From positions 4,046 to 68,045 of the forward strand of contig JARRKC010000006.1 of the NCBI GenBank assembly GCA_037388505.1: a stretch of 64,000 bases of DNA. The letters are read 5' to 3'. The notes under the pieces are model-generated. The model was not told where the DNA came from. It made no database searches and worked only from the letters and a program-made list of their open reading frames with translations. Source of the stretch: Acidobacteriota bacterium (GTDB taxonomy: Bacteria; Acidobacteriota; UBA6911; RPQK01; JAPXNP01). A program made the translations under genes and the position numbers. Shown in pieces: positions 9,310-19,501 of this stretch (its first letter is position 1; each line of letters opens with the position of its first letter).

Positions 9310-10266
9310 ATGACGAGAACCATCGTGTTTCTGTTTTTGTTGGGCCTCGGGACATTCGCCTGCACGGTGCAACAAGAGTCCGCGCAGGTCGCGAACACCA
9401 GTGGCGACGATTTTCTCGGGCAGTGGGATGTGACCGTCCAGGGGAAGGAGACGACCTATCCCTCCTGGTTCGAGATCACGCGACAGGACGATCAACTGAC
9501 CGGAAGATTCGTTGGACGCGTAGGCAGCGCCCGCCCCATCCAGATGCTCAAGGTCAACGGCAACCAGTTGACGTTCAGTCTTCCGGTTCAGTACGAATCG
9601 AACCCGGAAGATATCAGATTCGAAGGACAACTGGCGCAGGGGAAGATCGAAGGCACCACAAAGGCAGCCGACGGCTCGACTTTGACTTGGACTGCGGTGC
9701 CGGCCCCCTCACTGGAGCGCACCAGCCCTCCGAACTGGGGAGAGTCGATCGACCTTCTCTCGGGGAGCATCAGCGATCACTGGCACGCCCGCTCTCCGGA
9801 GGCACCCGATAACTGGACGCTTTCGGATGGCGTACTGGCCAGTTCGGCGACGGGCACCGACCTGGTCACCAACCAGAAGTTCGGAGACTTCAGGCTTCAC
9901 ATCGAGTTCAAATACCCAAAGGAAAGCAACAGCGGCATTTATCTTCGGGGGCGCTACGAAGTCCAAATCCTCGATGACCCCGGAGAGGAGCCGACCAGTG
10001 TTGGACTCGGGGGGCTCTATGGATTCCTGACGCCGACCGTCAAAGCCGGAAAGCCTGCCGGTGACTGGCAGACCTACGACATTACACTCGTCGGACGCCG
10101 CGTTACCGTCAATCTCAATGATCAGACCATCATCGCCGATGAGGAGATACCGGGAATCACCGGCGGCGCCTTGGATTCCGATGAAGGTGCGCCAGGGCCG
10201 ATCATGCTCCAGGGCGACCACGGCCCGATTTCATTCCGGAACATCGTTCTGACGCCGGCCCGATGA
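9310..10266 (+). CDS. DUF1080 / 3-keto-disaccharide hydrolase family lipoprotein
   Basis: Lipobox-like TFAC; FGDFRLHIEF, NSGIYLRGRYEVQILD, WQTYDIT and LQGDHGPISFRNI. Confidence 0.9.
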   Translation: MTRTIVFLFLLGLGTFACTVQQESAQVANTSGDDFLGQWDVTVQGKETTYPSWFEITRQDDQLTGRFVGRVGSARPIQMLKVNGNQLTFSLPVQYESNPEDIRFEGQLAQGKIEGTTKAADGSTLTWTAVPAPSLERTSPPNWGESIDLLSGSISDHWHARSPEAPDNWTLSDGVLASSATGTDLVTNQKFGDFRLHIEFKYPKESNSGIYLRGRYEVQILDDPGEEPTSVGLGGLYGFLTPTVKAGKPAGDWQTYDITLVGRRVTVNLNDQTIIADEEIPGITGGALDSDEGAPGPIMLQGDHGPISFRNIVLTPAR

Positions 10267-10309
10267 ATCGATGGATGTGCAAATGAGTAAGGAGTTTGGG
10301 GGGTACGAC

Positions 10310-10807
10310 ATGAAAAACAAGATTGGGATACTGTTCTTCGCGACGCTGCTGGTTCTCTTCCTCGCGGCTCCGGTCTTTGCGCAGGACCGTGCCACAATGT
10401 CGGCTCCGGTGATTCGTTCGTCCGCGGAACAAGTCGTAATCACCGTTCGGTTCGAGAAGCTGGCCCCTTCTCGCTCCTATCGGATCGGTCTGGGCGCTGC
10501 AGGAGACCAGGCGCCGCAAGCGACGACGACACTCACGACTAATGACAAGCCGGTACCGATCGAAGCGACGAACTTCACTCAGGGGAACACCAGCGGCTGG
10601 TGGAAGGTCGATCAGTTGAGCTGTATCGGCTACGTTGTCAGCGGTCCCGCAATCCCGGCGCAGGGCCAATCGCTTCTACTCCAGTTCAAGCTGCCGAAAG
10701 CGGCGGCCGACAAGTTCGACAAGCTGTACGTCTTTGTCTCCCGTGACTATGGTTCGCAGCGCTGGTACCTCGAAGACGGGACCGAAATCGACAAATCCGA
10801 TTGGTAA
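10310..10807 (+). CDS. secreted hypothetical protein
   Basis: Signal peptide (MKNKIGILFF...VFA/Q), beta-rich mature region, operonic position. Confidence 0.75.
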   Translation: MKNKIGILFFATLLVLFLAAPVFAQDRATMSAPVIRSSAEQVVITVRFEKLAPSRSYRIGLGAAGDQAPQATTTLTTNDKPVPIEATNFTQGNTSGWWKVDQLSCIGYVVSGPAIPAQGQSLLLQFKLPKAAADKFDKLYVFVSRDYGSQRWYLEDGTEIDKSDW

Positions 10808-13353
10808 TCGAGACACTCCTCGACATCTTCCGGTGTTTCGAAGGCCTCGGAACACGCGAGGCGATTCGGTTCACCACGGACTATCGGAGTTCACTTTACT
10901 CGTATCGGGATCTGTGGCTTCACGCGGGGGCCTATGGTGGTTTCCTGTCGGCTCAAGGACTCAGGGAGGGACACCGGATACTTCTCTGGTCCGAGAACCG
11001 CCCCGAGTGGGTCTTTGCGTTCTGGGGAGCCATCTCACGAGGCATCCAGGTCGTTCCCGTCGATCCCGGCTCATCCCCGCAACTCGTGACCCGGCTGTCC
11101 AGCCAGTCGGACAGTCGGCTGATCCTGCTTGGACAGAACATGCCGGATCTGTCGGCTGATCTGCCGGCGCTGCGGCTGCCGCCTCCCTCCCAACTCGCCC
11201 CAGTCGCGCCTCCGTCGGGGCGGGCTTCTCCCGAAGACATCGCGGAGATCATCTTCACCTCGGGTGCCACCGGAACACCCAAGGGAATCCTCCATCGTCA
11301 CCGGAGTTTGACCTCGAACCTTGGACCCTTCGAAGCGGAATTCCACCGGTACCGTTACCTTGCCGCTCCCTTTCAACCAATTCGTATTCTGTGCCTGCTT
11401 CCACTGAGTCACCTGTTTGGCCAGGTCATGAGTCTCTTCATTCCACCGTTGCTGGGAGGGTCACTCGTTCTTGTCGACTCCCTGATTCCCGGCCATGTCG
11501 TCGAGCACCTCCGAACAGAGAGAGTGTCGGTACTCGTGACTGTCCCCAGGATCCTGGATCAAATTACGTCGTTCCTGCAGCTGGACCGGGAGAGAACGAC
11601 GTTTCAACCACGCTTCCATGGACTGCCCGGAATCGCGACTCGCTGGTGGCATTACCGGTCGATTCACCGCCGTCTTGGATGGAAATTCTGGTCCGTCGTC
11701 GTAGGCGGAGCTGCCTTGGCGCGGGAACTGGAAGATGCTTGGTCTCAGATAGGGGTCCTCGTCATCCAGGGATATGGCTTGACCGAGGCAGGCCCAATCA
11801 TCAGCGTCAACCACCCGTTCCACGCCCACCGAGGCTCGCTCGGTCACGTCCTCCAGGGACAAGAGATCCGGCTGAGCGAAAAGGGAGAGATCCAGGTTCG
11901 AGGCGGCAACGTGAGTCTGGAGTACCTGGAAGACGGGAAGCTGCGTAGAGCCGAGGTTGAGCACGAGTGGCTTCCGACCGGGGACATCGGAGAGCTGGAT
12001 GCCGAAGGGAATCTCTACTTCAAGGGCCGCAAGAAGGATGTGATCATCACCGCCGAGGGGCTCAATGTCTTTCCCGAGGACGTCGAATCGGCGCTGCTGG
12101 TCGATCCGGGTGTCCGAGAAGCCGCTGCGGTCGGGATCGACTCGGGCCGCGGAGAAGAAGTACACGCGGTTCTGGTTCTGCGGGACGCTTCAGTGGATCC
12201 TGAAAGTGTGATTCGGAGTGCCAATCTTCGCCTCGAGGGCTACCAGCGGATCCAGCACTGGTCCGTGTGGGAAGGTGACGAGCTTCCCCGAACACCCTCG
12301 ACCCTCAAACTGCGACGGCATGAGATCCGCGCGCAGATTGAGTCGGGTCGAGCTCCCTCTTCCCCGAGGGCTTCCTCGTATCGATCTACGGAGGAGATTC
12401 TTGCCCACCTCGCCTCTCGGCCTACCGACACGATTCACCCAGAGGATCGTCTCGAAGAGGATCTGGGATTCTCATCCCTTGATCGCATCGAGTTGCTGCA
12501 GGACCTGGAGCAGCTCTCCGGTCGCCGGCTGAATGAATCAGAGTTCTCCGGGCTCCACTCCGTGAGCGAGATCGAACGGTGGCTGCGAACGCCCGAGGAA
12601 GAGTCTGCGCAATTGGATCGTTCGTCCCGAGCTTCCGCCGCTTCCCGGCTTCGGATGCCGCGATGGGCCACTCGGGCTCCGGTTCGCCTCTTTCGGGCTG
12701 TGGCTCAACGGACCATGATCCTGCCGCTCTTGCGACACTACCTTCCTCTGACCGTAGTGGGTCTGAGCCGACTGGAAGCGCTGCAGGGAGCCTCTCTGAT
12801 CATGGCGGCAAACCATCAGAGTCACCTCGATACGGTGGCACTGCTCGCGGCACTTCCTCCCGTCTGGCGGAAACGTCTGGCACCGGCCATGCAGATGGAA
12901 CGTTTTGCCGCCCACTTCTCGCCTGCAGGTCGGCCGATTTCATCGAGAGTATCGGCGCACGGGCAGTATTTGCTGGCCTGTCTTCTCTTTAACACGTACC
13001 CGCTGCCGCAAAGTGGTGCCCGGTTTCGAACCGTCCTTCGCTATACGGGAGCGCTGCTGGATCGCGGATATTGCCCGCTGGTGTTCCCGGAAGGGCGCCG
13101 GACCGAAGACGGCCGCATTCATGAATTCCATGCCGGCGTAGCCTTGATGGCCAAGGAATTGAAGGTTCCGATTCTGCCGATCCGCATCGAGGGGCTGTTC
13201 GACGTGATGCCCCCGACAAGCAGTTGGCCAAAGCCCCGACCCGTCTGGATCGGTTTCGGCGATCTCCTGGAGCCGACGGTCGGCGAAACCCCCGAGGAGA
13301 TCGCTCGACAGCTGCGGGACCGGATTCTCGATCTGTACCCCAAACCGGCCTAG
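10801..13353 (+). CDS. multidomain AMP-dependent acyl ligase - acyl carrier - PlsC-type acyltransferase
   Basis: FTSGATGTPKG, GYGLTE, TGDIG and GRKKD; carrier motif LGFSSLDRIEL; acyltransferase NHQSHLD and FPEGRR. Confidence 0.9.
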   Translation: MVIETLLDIFRCFEGLGTREAIRFTTDYRSSLYSYRDLWLHAGAYGGFLSAQGLREGHRILLWSENRPEWVFAFWGAISRGIQVVPVDPGSSPQLVTRLSSQSDSRLILLGQNMPDLSADLPALRLPPPSQLAPVAPPSGRASPEDIAEIIFTSGATGTPKGILHRHRSLTSNLGPFEAEFHRYRYLAAPFQPIRILCLLPLSHLFGQVMSLFIPPLLGGSLVLVDSLIPGHVVEHLRTERVSVLVTVPRILDQITSFLQLDRERTTFQPRFHGLPGIATRWWHYRSIHRRLGWKFWSVVVGGAALARELEDAWSQIGVLVIQGYGLTEAGPIISVNHPFHAHRGSLGHVLQGQEIRLSEKGEIQVRGGNVSLEYLEDGKLRRAEVEHEWLPTGDIGELDAEGNLYFKGRKKDVIITAEGLNVFPEDVESALLVDPGVREAAAVGIDSGRGEEVHAVLVLRDASVDPESVIRSANLRLEGYQRIQHWSVWEGDELPRTPSTLKLRRHEIRAQIESGRAPSSPRASSYRSTEEILAHLASRPTDTIHPEDRLEEDLGFSSLDRIELLQDLEQLSGRRLNESEFSGLHSVSEIERWLRTPEEESAQLDRSSRASAASRLRMPRWATRAPVRLFRAVAQRTMILPLLRHYLPLTVVGLSRLEALQGASLIMAANHQSHLDTVALLAALPPVWRKRLAPAMQMERFAAHFSPAGRPISSRVSAHGQYLLACLLFNTYPLPQSGARFRTVLRYTGALLDRGYCPLVFPEGRRTEDGRIHEFHAGVALMAKELKVPILPIRIEGLFDVMPPTSSWPKPRPVWIGFGDLLEPTVGETPEEIARQLRDRILDLYPKPA

Positions 13354-14219
13354 AAGAGCAGTGTCGAGAGCTTGTTGCGATACTCGTCTGCCAGCGGGGC
13401 ACGGACTCCGATGATCTGGAAGACTTCGATCATCGCCTTGCGCGCGCCGTCATCCCTGAACTTACGATCCTTCTTCACGATCTCGAGCAGGTGTTCGAGG
13501 GCTTCCCTGTACTCCCCGGCATCGATGAGGCAAATGGCCAACTGATAGCGGCGCTCCACATCATCCGGTTCGTTCTTGTAGCTCTTCCGTACCGCTTTGA
13601 GCGGTCCAAATCCGAGGGCCTGCCTTCGGAACGACAGGATCGATCGCAATCGATCCACCTTTTCACCGATGCCGTCGGTCGGTATGACGCGGCTCAACAG
13701 GCGCTCCGCCTCGTCGAGATCGCCCTTGCGAAAGGCGACTTCGGCAAGTCCGACGGTGGCCAGTGGATTCTGGTCTTGTTCCACGAGAGCGCGCTTGAAG
13801 AGCTTCTCCGCCTCACCGATCATGCCGGCTTCGAGGCGGCGTTCTCCCTGCAGGATGATCTCGTCGGTCTCCGTCGTGCAGTGTTTCTGAATGAAAGTTC
13901 GAAGTTCGGGTTCGGGAAGAGCGCCGACGAATGCGTCGACTGGTTTCCCGTCTTTCATCATCACGACATACGGGATACTGCGGATCTGGAATGCCTGGGC
14001 CAGTTCGGGTGCACTCTCAGTGTCCACTCTGGCCAGAACAAAGGCACCATTGAACTCATCGGCGAGGCGTTCCAGCATCGGGCCGAGCATGCGGCAGGGC
14101 GCACACCAATCCGCCCAGAAGTCGACCAAAACCGGGACCTCTCTGGAGCGCTCAATGACCTGCTGGGGAAAGTCCTGCTCCGCGACATCTATCACCCATG
14201 AGGCACGTTTCGTCTGCAT
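13350..14219 (-). CDS. cnoX: thioredoxin-TPR chaperedoxin (YbbN/CnoX family)
   Basis: PVLVDFWADWCAPC, FVGALPE, and C-terminal TPRs ending YRNKLSTLLF. Confidence 0.88.
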   Translation of the reverse strand: MQTKRASWVIDVAEQDFPQQVIERSREVPVLVDFWADWCAPCRMLGPMLERLADEFNGAFVLARVDTESAPELAQAFQIRSIPYVVMMKDGKPVDAFVGALPEPELRTFIQKHCTTETDEIILQGERRLEAGMIGEAEKLFKRALVEQDQNPLATVGLAEVAFRKGDLDEAERLLSRVIPTDGIGEKVDRLRSILSFRRQALGFGPLKAVRKSYKNEPDDVERRYQLAICLIDAGEYREALEHLLEIVKKDRKFRDDGARKAMIEVFQIIGVRAPLADEYRNKLSTLLF

Positions 14220-14273
14220 AGGGTGATTATACAGGCTCGCGGTTTCGCTCCCGATCCGCCTCTCCCCGTTGGG

Positions 14274-14618
14274 CTAGGAAGCGGCCTGATCCAAGCCGAG
14301 TTCGAGATCCTGGGAGTCGATCTGGGAGCGAAAAAAGGGCATCAACTTGCGCACGAGTTCCTCTCGGGAAGCCTCAAATAGAAGGCCGTAGGCCTCGTCA
14401 GTTGAATAGATCACACGAGCCGGGATCTGCACATCCTCCGAGCCGGGATTCAGAGTGGCCACGAAGCGGGCATCGACGGCCGGGGACGCCCCCTGGGCCT
14501 CGACCTGTGCCCCGTTGAAGGACAGATTGACAACGCACCCCTCGAAGGTATGGCCAGCAATCGAGAATCGGCACGGAACGCTGCAGTCCCATCGATGGAA
14601 TCTTCTTCGCTCTTCCAC
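14274..14618 (-). CDS. stand-alone PilZ domain protein
   Basis: RRFHR (RxxxR) and NLSFNG (D/NxSxxG). GTG at 14618 is preceded by AAAGGAGGAGG. Confidence 0.85.
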   Translation of the reverse strand: MEERRRFHRWDCSVPCRFSIAGHTFEGCVVNLSFNGAQVEAQGASPAVDARFVATLNPGSEDVQIPARVIYSTDEAYGLLFEASREELVRKLMPFFRSQIDSQDLELGLDQAAS

Positions 14619-14809
14619 GCCTCCTCCTTTTCGAGAACGGACATCTGAGATTCGGTTCAAAGGATGATGATACGAAGGCTCGAGTCGGCATTTCCATGAC
14701 GGTGGTCACAAAAGAGGGACTTGATTGCGACTCGGCGGATCCGTAAAGTTCTTCGCAACCCCTGGCGGCGGTTCAGTCTCACCGGGGAGGCAAGGAGGAG
14801 AGCGGAGGA

Positions 14810-16564
14810 TTGAGTCCATATGCTGATGAGCGCCCGCGACACGTCATTCTGAAGCGTCTGGCTCTGTGGACGGCACCGCTGCTCTTGGTTGTCGTCTGTC
14901 TGCTGATATTCGACGCGCTCGATGCCTCCATCTCTCGCTCGGAGGCCTATCTCGATCTGCTCAACGGTCGAGTCGACGAAGCCCGGCACCGATGGACCGC
15001 ATTGCAGGATACGTACTGGTCGTCCAACGACGTCCCCGCCGGGTTGAGGATCTGTGATGCGCTGGAACCGGGCGCTCGAGTCTCTCGTATCAGCCCGGGG
15101 ATCCGCGCCGGCCTGCGCCAGTTCCCCCTGCGAGTCCTCTTGCACCGGGCGCTGGTCCACCGACACTATGAGGCCTGCCTGAGGCTGGCCGGTCTTGCCC
15201 AAGAGGCCCGGGTTCCCTTCGCCCCTCTGTATCGCGCGGCTGCCCTGCTGGAGCTCGGTCGTCCCGACGAGGCCAGGAGCGTTCTGTGTTCTACCACTGA
15301 GCCCTTTCGAGACGGGCCGTTGGGGCGTCGGATCGCCCGTGTCCTTTCCGCGCTAGCGGAAGATGCCCGCGCGATTCTCCAGGACCGCCGGGGTACCCCC
15401 ATCGGATGGATCACGACGAACGAGAAGATCCGGTTTCTGGATGGAATCGACACGGCGCTGCTCCCCGTCACGACCATTCAGTCCGCGATCGCGGAAGATC
15501 TTGCTCCGAGCGTTCGGTTGAGCCTGGATCTCGAGCTAAGCCAGATCGCCGCTCGAGCGCTGCGTGGTTATCGCGGTAGCATCGTCCTGCTCGATCCCGG
15601 CACGGGAGAGATCCTGGCGGCTGTGTCAGATCGCCGCTCTCGAAAGAGGATCGTCGACCCCGCCTTTCGCGAGCTGAGGGAGCCGGCGTCGATCGCGAAA
15701 CTGATCACCACAACGGCGGCCCTCAGAGCTGGTTTGGACGTGGATCGGGAAATCTCTAAAACGGTCTGTACAGGAGCAGAGAGGTTTGAGGGCGATTTCC
15801 TCTATTGCCCTTTCCCGGCGGGAAGGCTCAAAGGCTTGAACCAGGCCATGGCCATCAGCTGCAACATCGCGTTTGCGAATCTCGGCGTGGAAGTCGGTGC
15901 TCCGGGCTTGATCCGGGAGTTGTACCTCTTTGGGTTCGGTCGCCCCGGGAAATGGGGCATTCGGTTCGGCCGATTACTCCACAGGAGTTTCCGCGAACGT
16001 GCTCTTGCCGATCTTTCCATCGGTCTCGAGGAGACCGAGATCACGCCTTTGCATGCGGCCTTGATCGCGGCAGTCTTCGCCGGTGACGGACGCATGCCCG
16101 AGCCGACGCTCTTCTCAGCCCGAGACGGTCTGCTGGGAGTCTCGAGCCCCTACCCTGCCGCACCTGCGCTGGGTCACCCGATCGTGCAGCAGGAGTGGCT
16201 GCCGATCGTGAGAAACGCCATGCGTGCGGTGGTCGAGTGGGGCGGGACCGTCCATGGTGTGGAGCCGGGAGACTTCAAGGTCGCCATGAAGACAGGTACG
16301 GCCTCCGCACCGGGGTTGGGTTACCACACGAACTATATCGGCTTCGGACCGATTTCGGCACCAACGGTCGCTTTCTGCGTGCGCATCACCGGGCAGCGAA
16401 CCTCGAAGTCTGTACGTCAGGCCTCGATGAACGTCACCTACCGGCTGCTGCACTATCTTGCGAAACATCGCGACCTGCTTGGCAAATTGCCAGAGGAGCC
16501 TCGCCAGAACTGGATGAGTCTCATCGGTCTTACTGATCAGGACGCAGGAGACGAAACCAGCTAA
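14810..16564 (+). CDS. penicillin-binding transpeptidase domain protein with helical N-terminal extension
   Basis: N-terminal TM; GSIVLLDPGTGEILA, SIAK (SxxK), SCN (SxN) and KTG. Confidence 0.85.
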   Translation: MSPYADERPRHVILKRLALWTAPLLLVVVCLLIFDALDASISRSEAYLDLLNGRVDEARHRWTALQDTYWSSNDVPAGLRICDALEPGARVSRISPGIRAGLRQFPLRVLLHRALVHRHYEACLRLAGLAQEARVPFAPLYRAAALLELGRPDEARSVLCSTTEPFRDGPLGRRIARVLSALAEDARAILQDRRGTPIGWITTNEKIRFLDGIDTALLPVTTIQSAIAEDLAPSVRLSLDLELSQIAARALRGYRGSIVLLDPGTGEILAAVSDRRSRKRIVDPAFRELREPASIAKLITTTAALRAGLDVDREISKTVCTGAERFEGDFLYCPFPAGRLKGLNQAMAISCNIAFANLGVEVGAPGLIRELYLFGFGRPGKWGIRFGRLLHRSFRERALADLSIGLEETEITPLHAALIAAVFAGDGRMPEPTLFSARDGLLGVSSPYPAAPALGHPIVQQEWLPIVRNAMRAVVEWGGTVHGVEPGDFKVAMKTGTASAPGLGYHTNYIGFGPISAPTVAFCVRITGQRTSKSVRQASMNVTYRLLHYLAKHRDLLGKLPEEPRQNWMSLIGLTDQDAGDETS

Positions 16565-17238
16565 ACTTTGAATTCTTCGGCAGGTCCCTCCCTCTCGAGA
16601 CCCCCGTCACGGATCGAGATGACCCAGTCCGCCAGGCGCTTGACCTCGAAGAAGTCGTGCGCCACCAGAAGGGTCGGGATGCGCCACTCCCGAATCGCCC
16701 GGCGAATATAGTCCAAAACACGAGTCTTCAGCTCCTCGTCCAGACCGGTCAACGGTTCATCCAGCAGAAGGAGATCAGGGCTGCTGAGCAGGGCTCGGCC
16801 CAGCGCGACGCGTTGCCGCTCACCGCCGGAGAGATTTCGCGGATGCCGGGCCAGCAGACCGTTCAGTTCCAGGACCTCGACTACCCGCTCGAACGTCACC
16901 CGACCGTTCAGAGACCTTCGACGGCGTCTCTCTCCAAATCGGAGGTTTCCCTGGACCGAATAATGAGGGAACAGGAGTTGATCCTGAAAGACCATTCCGA
17001 CACCCCGCTGCTGCACCGGAACGAACAGGCCGGAGGCGGTATCGACGAGCACCCTGTCTGCGAGTTGTACGAAGCCCTCCCGGGGATGCTTCAATCCTGC
17101 AAGAATCTCGAGGATCGTGGTCTTGCCGCTGCCCGACGGCCCGAAAATCGCCGTCACCAACCGGGTGGTCCGAAAACTGAGATCGAGCCTGAAGCCACCA
17201 GGATAGAAGTGGGAAGCCCGGAAACTAAGCTGACTCAC
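16561..17238 (-). CDS. modC: molybdate ABC transporter ATP-binding protein
   Basis: GPSGSGKT, VFQDQLLFPH, LSGGERQRVALGRAL; follows modB. No C-terminal TOBE domain. Confidence 0.9.
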   Translation of the reverse strand: MSQLSFRASHFYPGGFRLDLSFRTTRLVTAIFGPSGSGKTTILEILAGLKHPREGFVQLADRVLVDTASGLFVPVQQRGVGMVFQDQLLFPHYSVQGNLRFGERRRRRSLNGRVTFERVVEVLELNGLLARHPRNLSGGERQRVALGRALLSSPDLLLLDEPLTGLDEELKTRVLDYIRRAIREWRIPTLLVAHDFFEVKRLADWVISIRDGGLEREGPAEEFKV

Positions 17239-17911
17239 GTCTCTGTCGCCTTCGTTCCAGAATCTCGCTCACCGCCAGGGTGAGGCACGCCAGAAGCACT
17301 GAGACCAAAACCAGCCGGCCGCTTCGCGAGACGCCGCCGGGGGTTTGGACCAGCGAGAAAACCGCCGTCGGAATGGTCTGGGTTCGTCCGGGGATGTTCC
17401 CGGCCAACATGATCGTGGCTCCAAATTCTCCCAGACTCCGAGCGAAGGCCAGCATCGATCCCGCCAGTACGCCCCGAAAAGCCAAAGGTAGACTGACGGA
17501 GAGGAAGGTATCAAGGGGGCCCGAGCCCAACGTACGCGCCACTCCTTCCAGACGCTCGTCCACACCCGAGAACGCAATGCGAATGGTCCTCACCATCAGT
17601 GGGAAACTCACCACTCCCGCCGCCAGCGCGGCGCCTATCCAGGAAAAGGCGATGTGGATGCCCAACCAATGTTCGAGCGGGCCGCCGAGCGCTCCCTGAC
17701 TCCCGAACAGAACGAGCAGGATGTAGCCGGTGACGACGGGTGGAAGGACGAGCGGAAGGTTAACGGCGGTCTCGATGAGCCATTTGCTGGGTCGCTTCCA
17801 TCGGGCAAGGAAATACCCAAGCGGTATCGCCAGGGGCAGGCTGGCCACAACCGCCCAGGTCGCCACCCAGAGGCTGAGCTCGATCGCTTCCCACTCTTCT
17901 GCCGTAAACAT
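17225..17911 (-). CDS. modB: molybdate ABC transporter permease
   Basis: LPLVLPPVVTG, FPLMVR and AFARSLGEFGATIMLAGNIPGRTQTIP. Confidence 0.95.
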   Translation of the reverse strand: MFTAEEWEAIELSLWVATWAVVASLPLAIPLGYFLARWKRPSKWLIETAVNLPLVLPPVVTGYILLVLFGSQGALGGPLEHWLGIHIAFSWIGAALAAGVVSFPLMVRTIRIAFSGVDERLEGVARTLGSGPLDTFLSVSLPLAFRGVLAGSMLAFARSLGEFGATIMLAGNIPGRTQTIPTAVFSLVQTPGGVSRSGRLVLVSVLLACLTLAVSEILERRRQRRESA

Positions 17912-17990
17912 CTGACCGACAATCTTTTCAGAACCCGGACGGGGAATGCAACGAGGACTCGAGTTCCAAGATTGAACTCCGAAGATCAGT

Positions 17991-18018
17991 TGAGAGCGGG
18001 AGAACCAGAGGACGGGAG
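17991..18018. repeat. 8-nt-unit dispersed repeat copy in the modA-modB gap
   Basis: Reverse complement CTCCCGTCCTCTGGTTCTCCCGCTCTCA closely matches 39950-39985. Confidence 0.65.
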
Positions 18019-18088
18019 TTGGGAGGCTTTTGCTTGCGTCGGTCTGAGCTTCCCGGTTTGTCTGACTCCTACCTTCTCCCATCCGGCC

Positions 18089-18892
18089 CTAAGACCCATT
18101 CGCCGGTTCGGTCTCCAGAGGCTGAAAGCCGTATTTCTCGAGGATCTTCATCGCACTGGGAGATGAAAAGAAACGGAACAGGTCCTCCGCCTTTGGCCTT
18201 GCCCGGCGAAGCAACACGAGGGGGTACCTGATGGGATCCGACAGGCCCGCAGGGAACACGCAGGCCACCCGGACCTTCGGGCTGATGGCCGCATCAGTTG
18301 CATAGACGAGTCCTGCATCGACTTCCCCGGTTTCGACGTAAACCAGGGCCTGACGGACATCGAAGGTGAACACCAGTTTCGGCTCGAGATCTTTCCAGAC
18401 GCCGAGTTTGGTCAGAGCCTGTCGCGCATAGATGCCGGCCGGCACCGAATCGGGCTGTCCTATGCTGATCCTGCGAACCTCAGAGGACAGGAGGTCCTCG
18501 GGCCGCTGGAGGACGAAGCTCGATTGTCCGGGGACTGCAACAACCAGGGAGTTCCCGACGAGATCCACCGCCTTTCCGGTGAAGCCCTTCTTTCGAAGTG
18601 CGTCCACCCACTGCCGATTGGCGGAGAGGTACACATCAGCGTCGGCCCCAGCCTGGATCTGTTGCGCCAGCGCTGCCGAGGAGGCGAAATTGCAGTAGAC
18701 CTGAATGCCCGATGACTTCCCGTACGACGCAGTGATTTCCTTCACGGCATCGGTTGTGCTCGCAGCTGCGAAGACCACCAGGGAATTCTCGTCGGAACGC
18801 TTGCAGGAGCTGAAGATGAACAGGCTCAGCATCCCGAGGCCCAACAGGACATATCGGACGGTCAAAGCTCGAGCCGGGCCATTGAAGTTCAT
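18089..18892 (-). CDS. modA: molybdate ABC transporter substrate-binding lipoprotein
   Basis: Lipobox FSSC; VFAAAS, FASSAALAQQI, ADVYLSAN, SVPAGIYA, DVRQAL and VYATDA. Confidence 0.95.
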   Translation of the reverse strand: MNFNGPARALTVRYVLLGLGMLSLFIFSSCKRSDENSLVVFAAASTTDAVKEITASYGKSSGIQVYCNFASSAALAQQIQAGADADVYLSANRQWVDALRKKGFTGKAVDLVGNSLVVAVPGQSSFVLQRPEDLLSSEVRRISIGQPDSVPAGIYARQALTKLGVWKDLEPKLVFTFDVRQALVYVETGEVDAGLVYATDAAISPKVRVACVFPAGLSDPIRYPLVLLRRARPKAEDLFRFFSSPSAMKILEKYGFQPLETEPANGS

Positions 18893-18893
18893 A

Positions 18894-19487
18894 TCATTGA
18901 ACGACCGGCATCTGGCCTTCGAGGATCCAGTACAAATGCCGCGCGGCCGCGGGATCCATCGAAACGAAGGACACCTTGAAGCCCTCTCTGTCTATGATCT
19001 CGCGAACGAGTCGGCTGACCACCTGGAACTGAAGCTTCCCCTTCCGCCAGAGCCGGGACACTCCCAGCCAGTCGCCCGGGTTCACGACCCAGATCGACCC
19101 ATCATCGAAGTACGCCACATAGGACTCCGGCATCTTGTCGACCCCGATGATCTGGTCGAGTGTCGAGACGTCGGCATTCGTGTCGCCCGCTTCTTCCGCG
19201 ACTTCTTCACTGTCAATGACGACATTCGGAACCGGCTTGACGGGCGTCAACGCTTCAACCTGAGAAACACCTGCCGGTTTGCCTCTGGAGATCTCGATGA
19301 TGTGGGCGGGAAAACGTTGGACTTTCCAGCCTCCGGCGAAAACCTCCAAGCCGTCGTTCGTGGTCTCGAGAAAGACTCCTCCTTGCTTCATGAGCTGGAG
19401 CCGAGCGGACAAGCGAGCCGGATCCGGCCCCTGTTCCGACGGAGCAGAAAACAAGCTCAACACGATCAATGCCAGCGCAAGACGCAT
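18894..19487 (-). CDS. secreted hypothetical protein, possibly a degenerate YkuD-fold protein
   Basis: Signal peptide. Layout parallels the adjacent L,D-transpeptidase but HG...HGC is absent. Confidence 0.65.
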   Translation of the reverse strand: MRLALALIVLSLFSAPSEQGPDPARLSARLQLMKQGGVFLETTNDGLEVFAGGWKVQRFPAHIIEISRGKPAGVSQVEALTPVKPVPNVVIDSEEVAEEAGDTNADVSTLDQIIGVDKMPESYVAYFDDGSIWVVNPGDWLGVSRLWRKGKLQFQVVSRLVREIIDREGFKVSFVSMDPAAARHLYWILEGQMPVVQ

Positions 19488-19501
19488 CGCAGACTTTCGG
19501 C

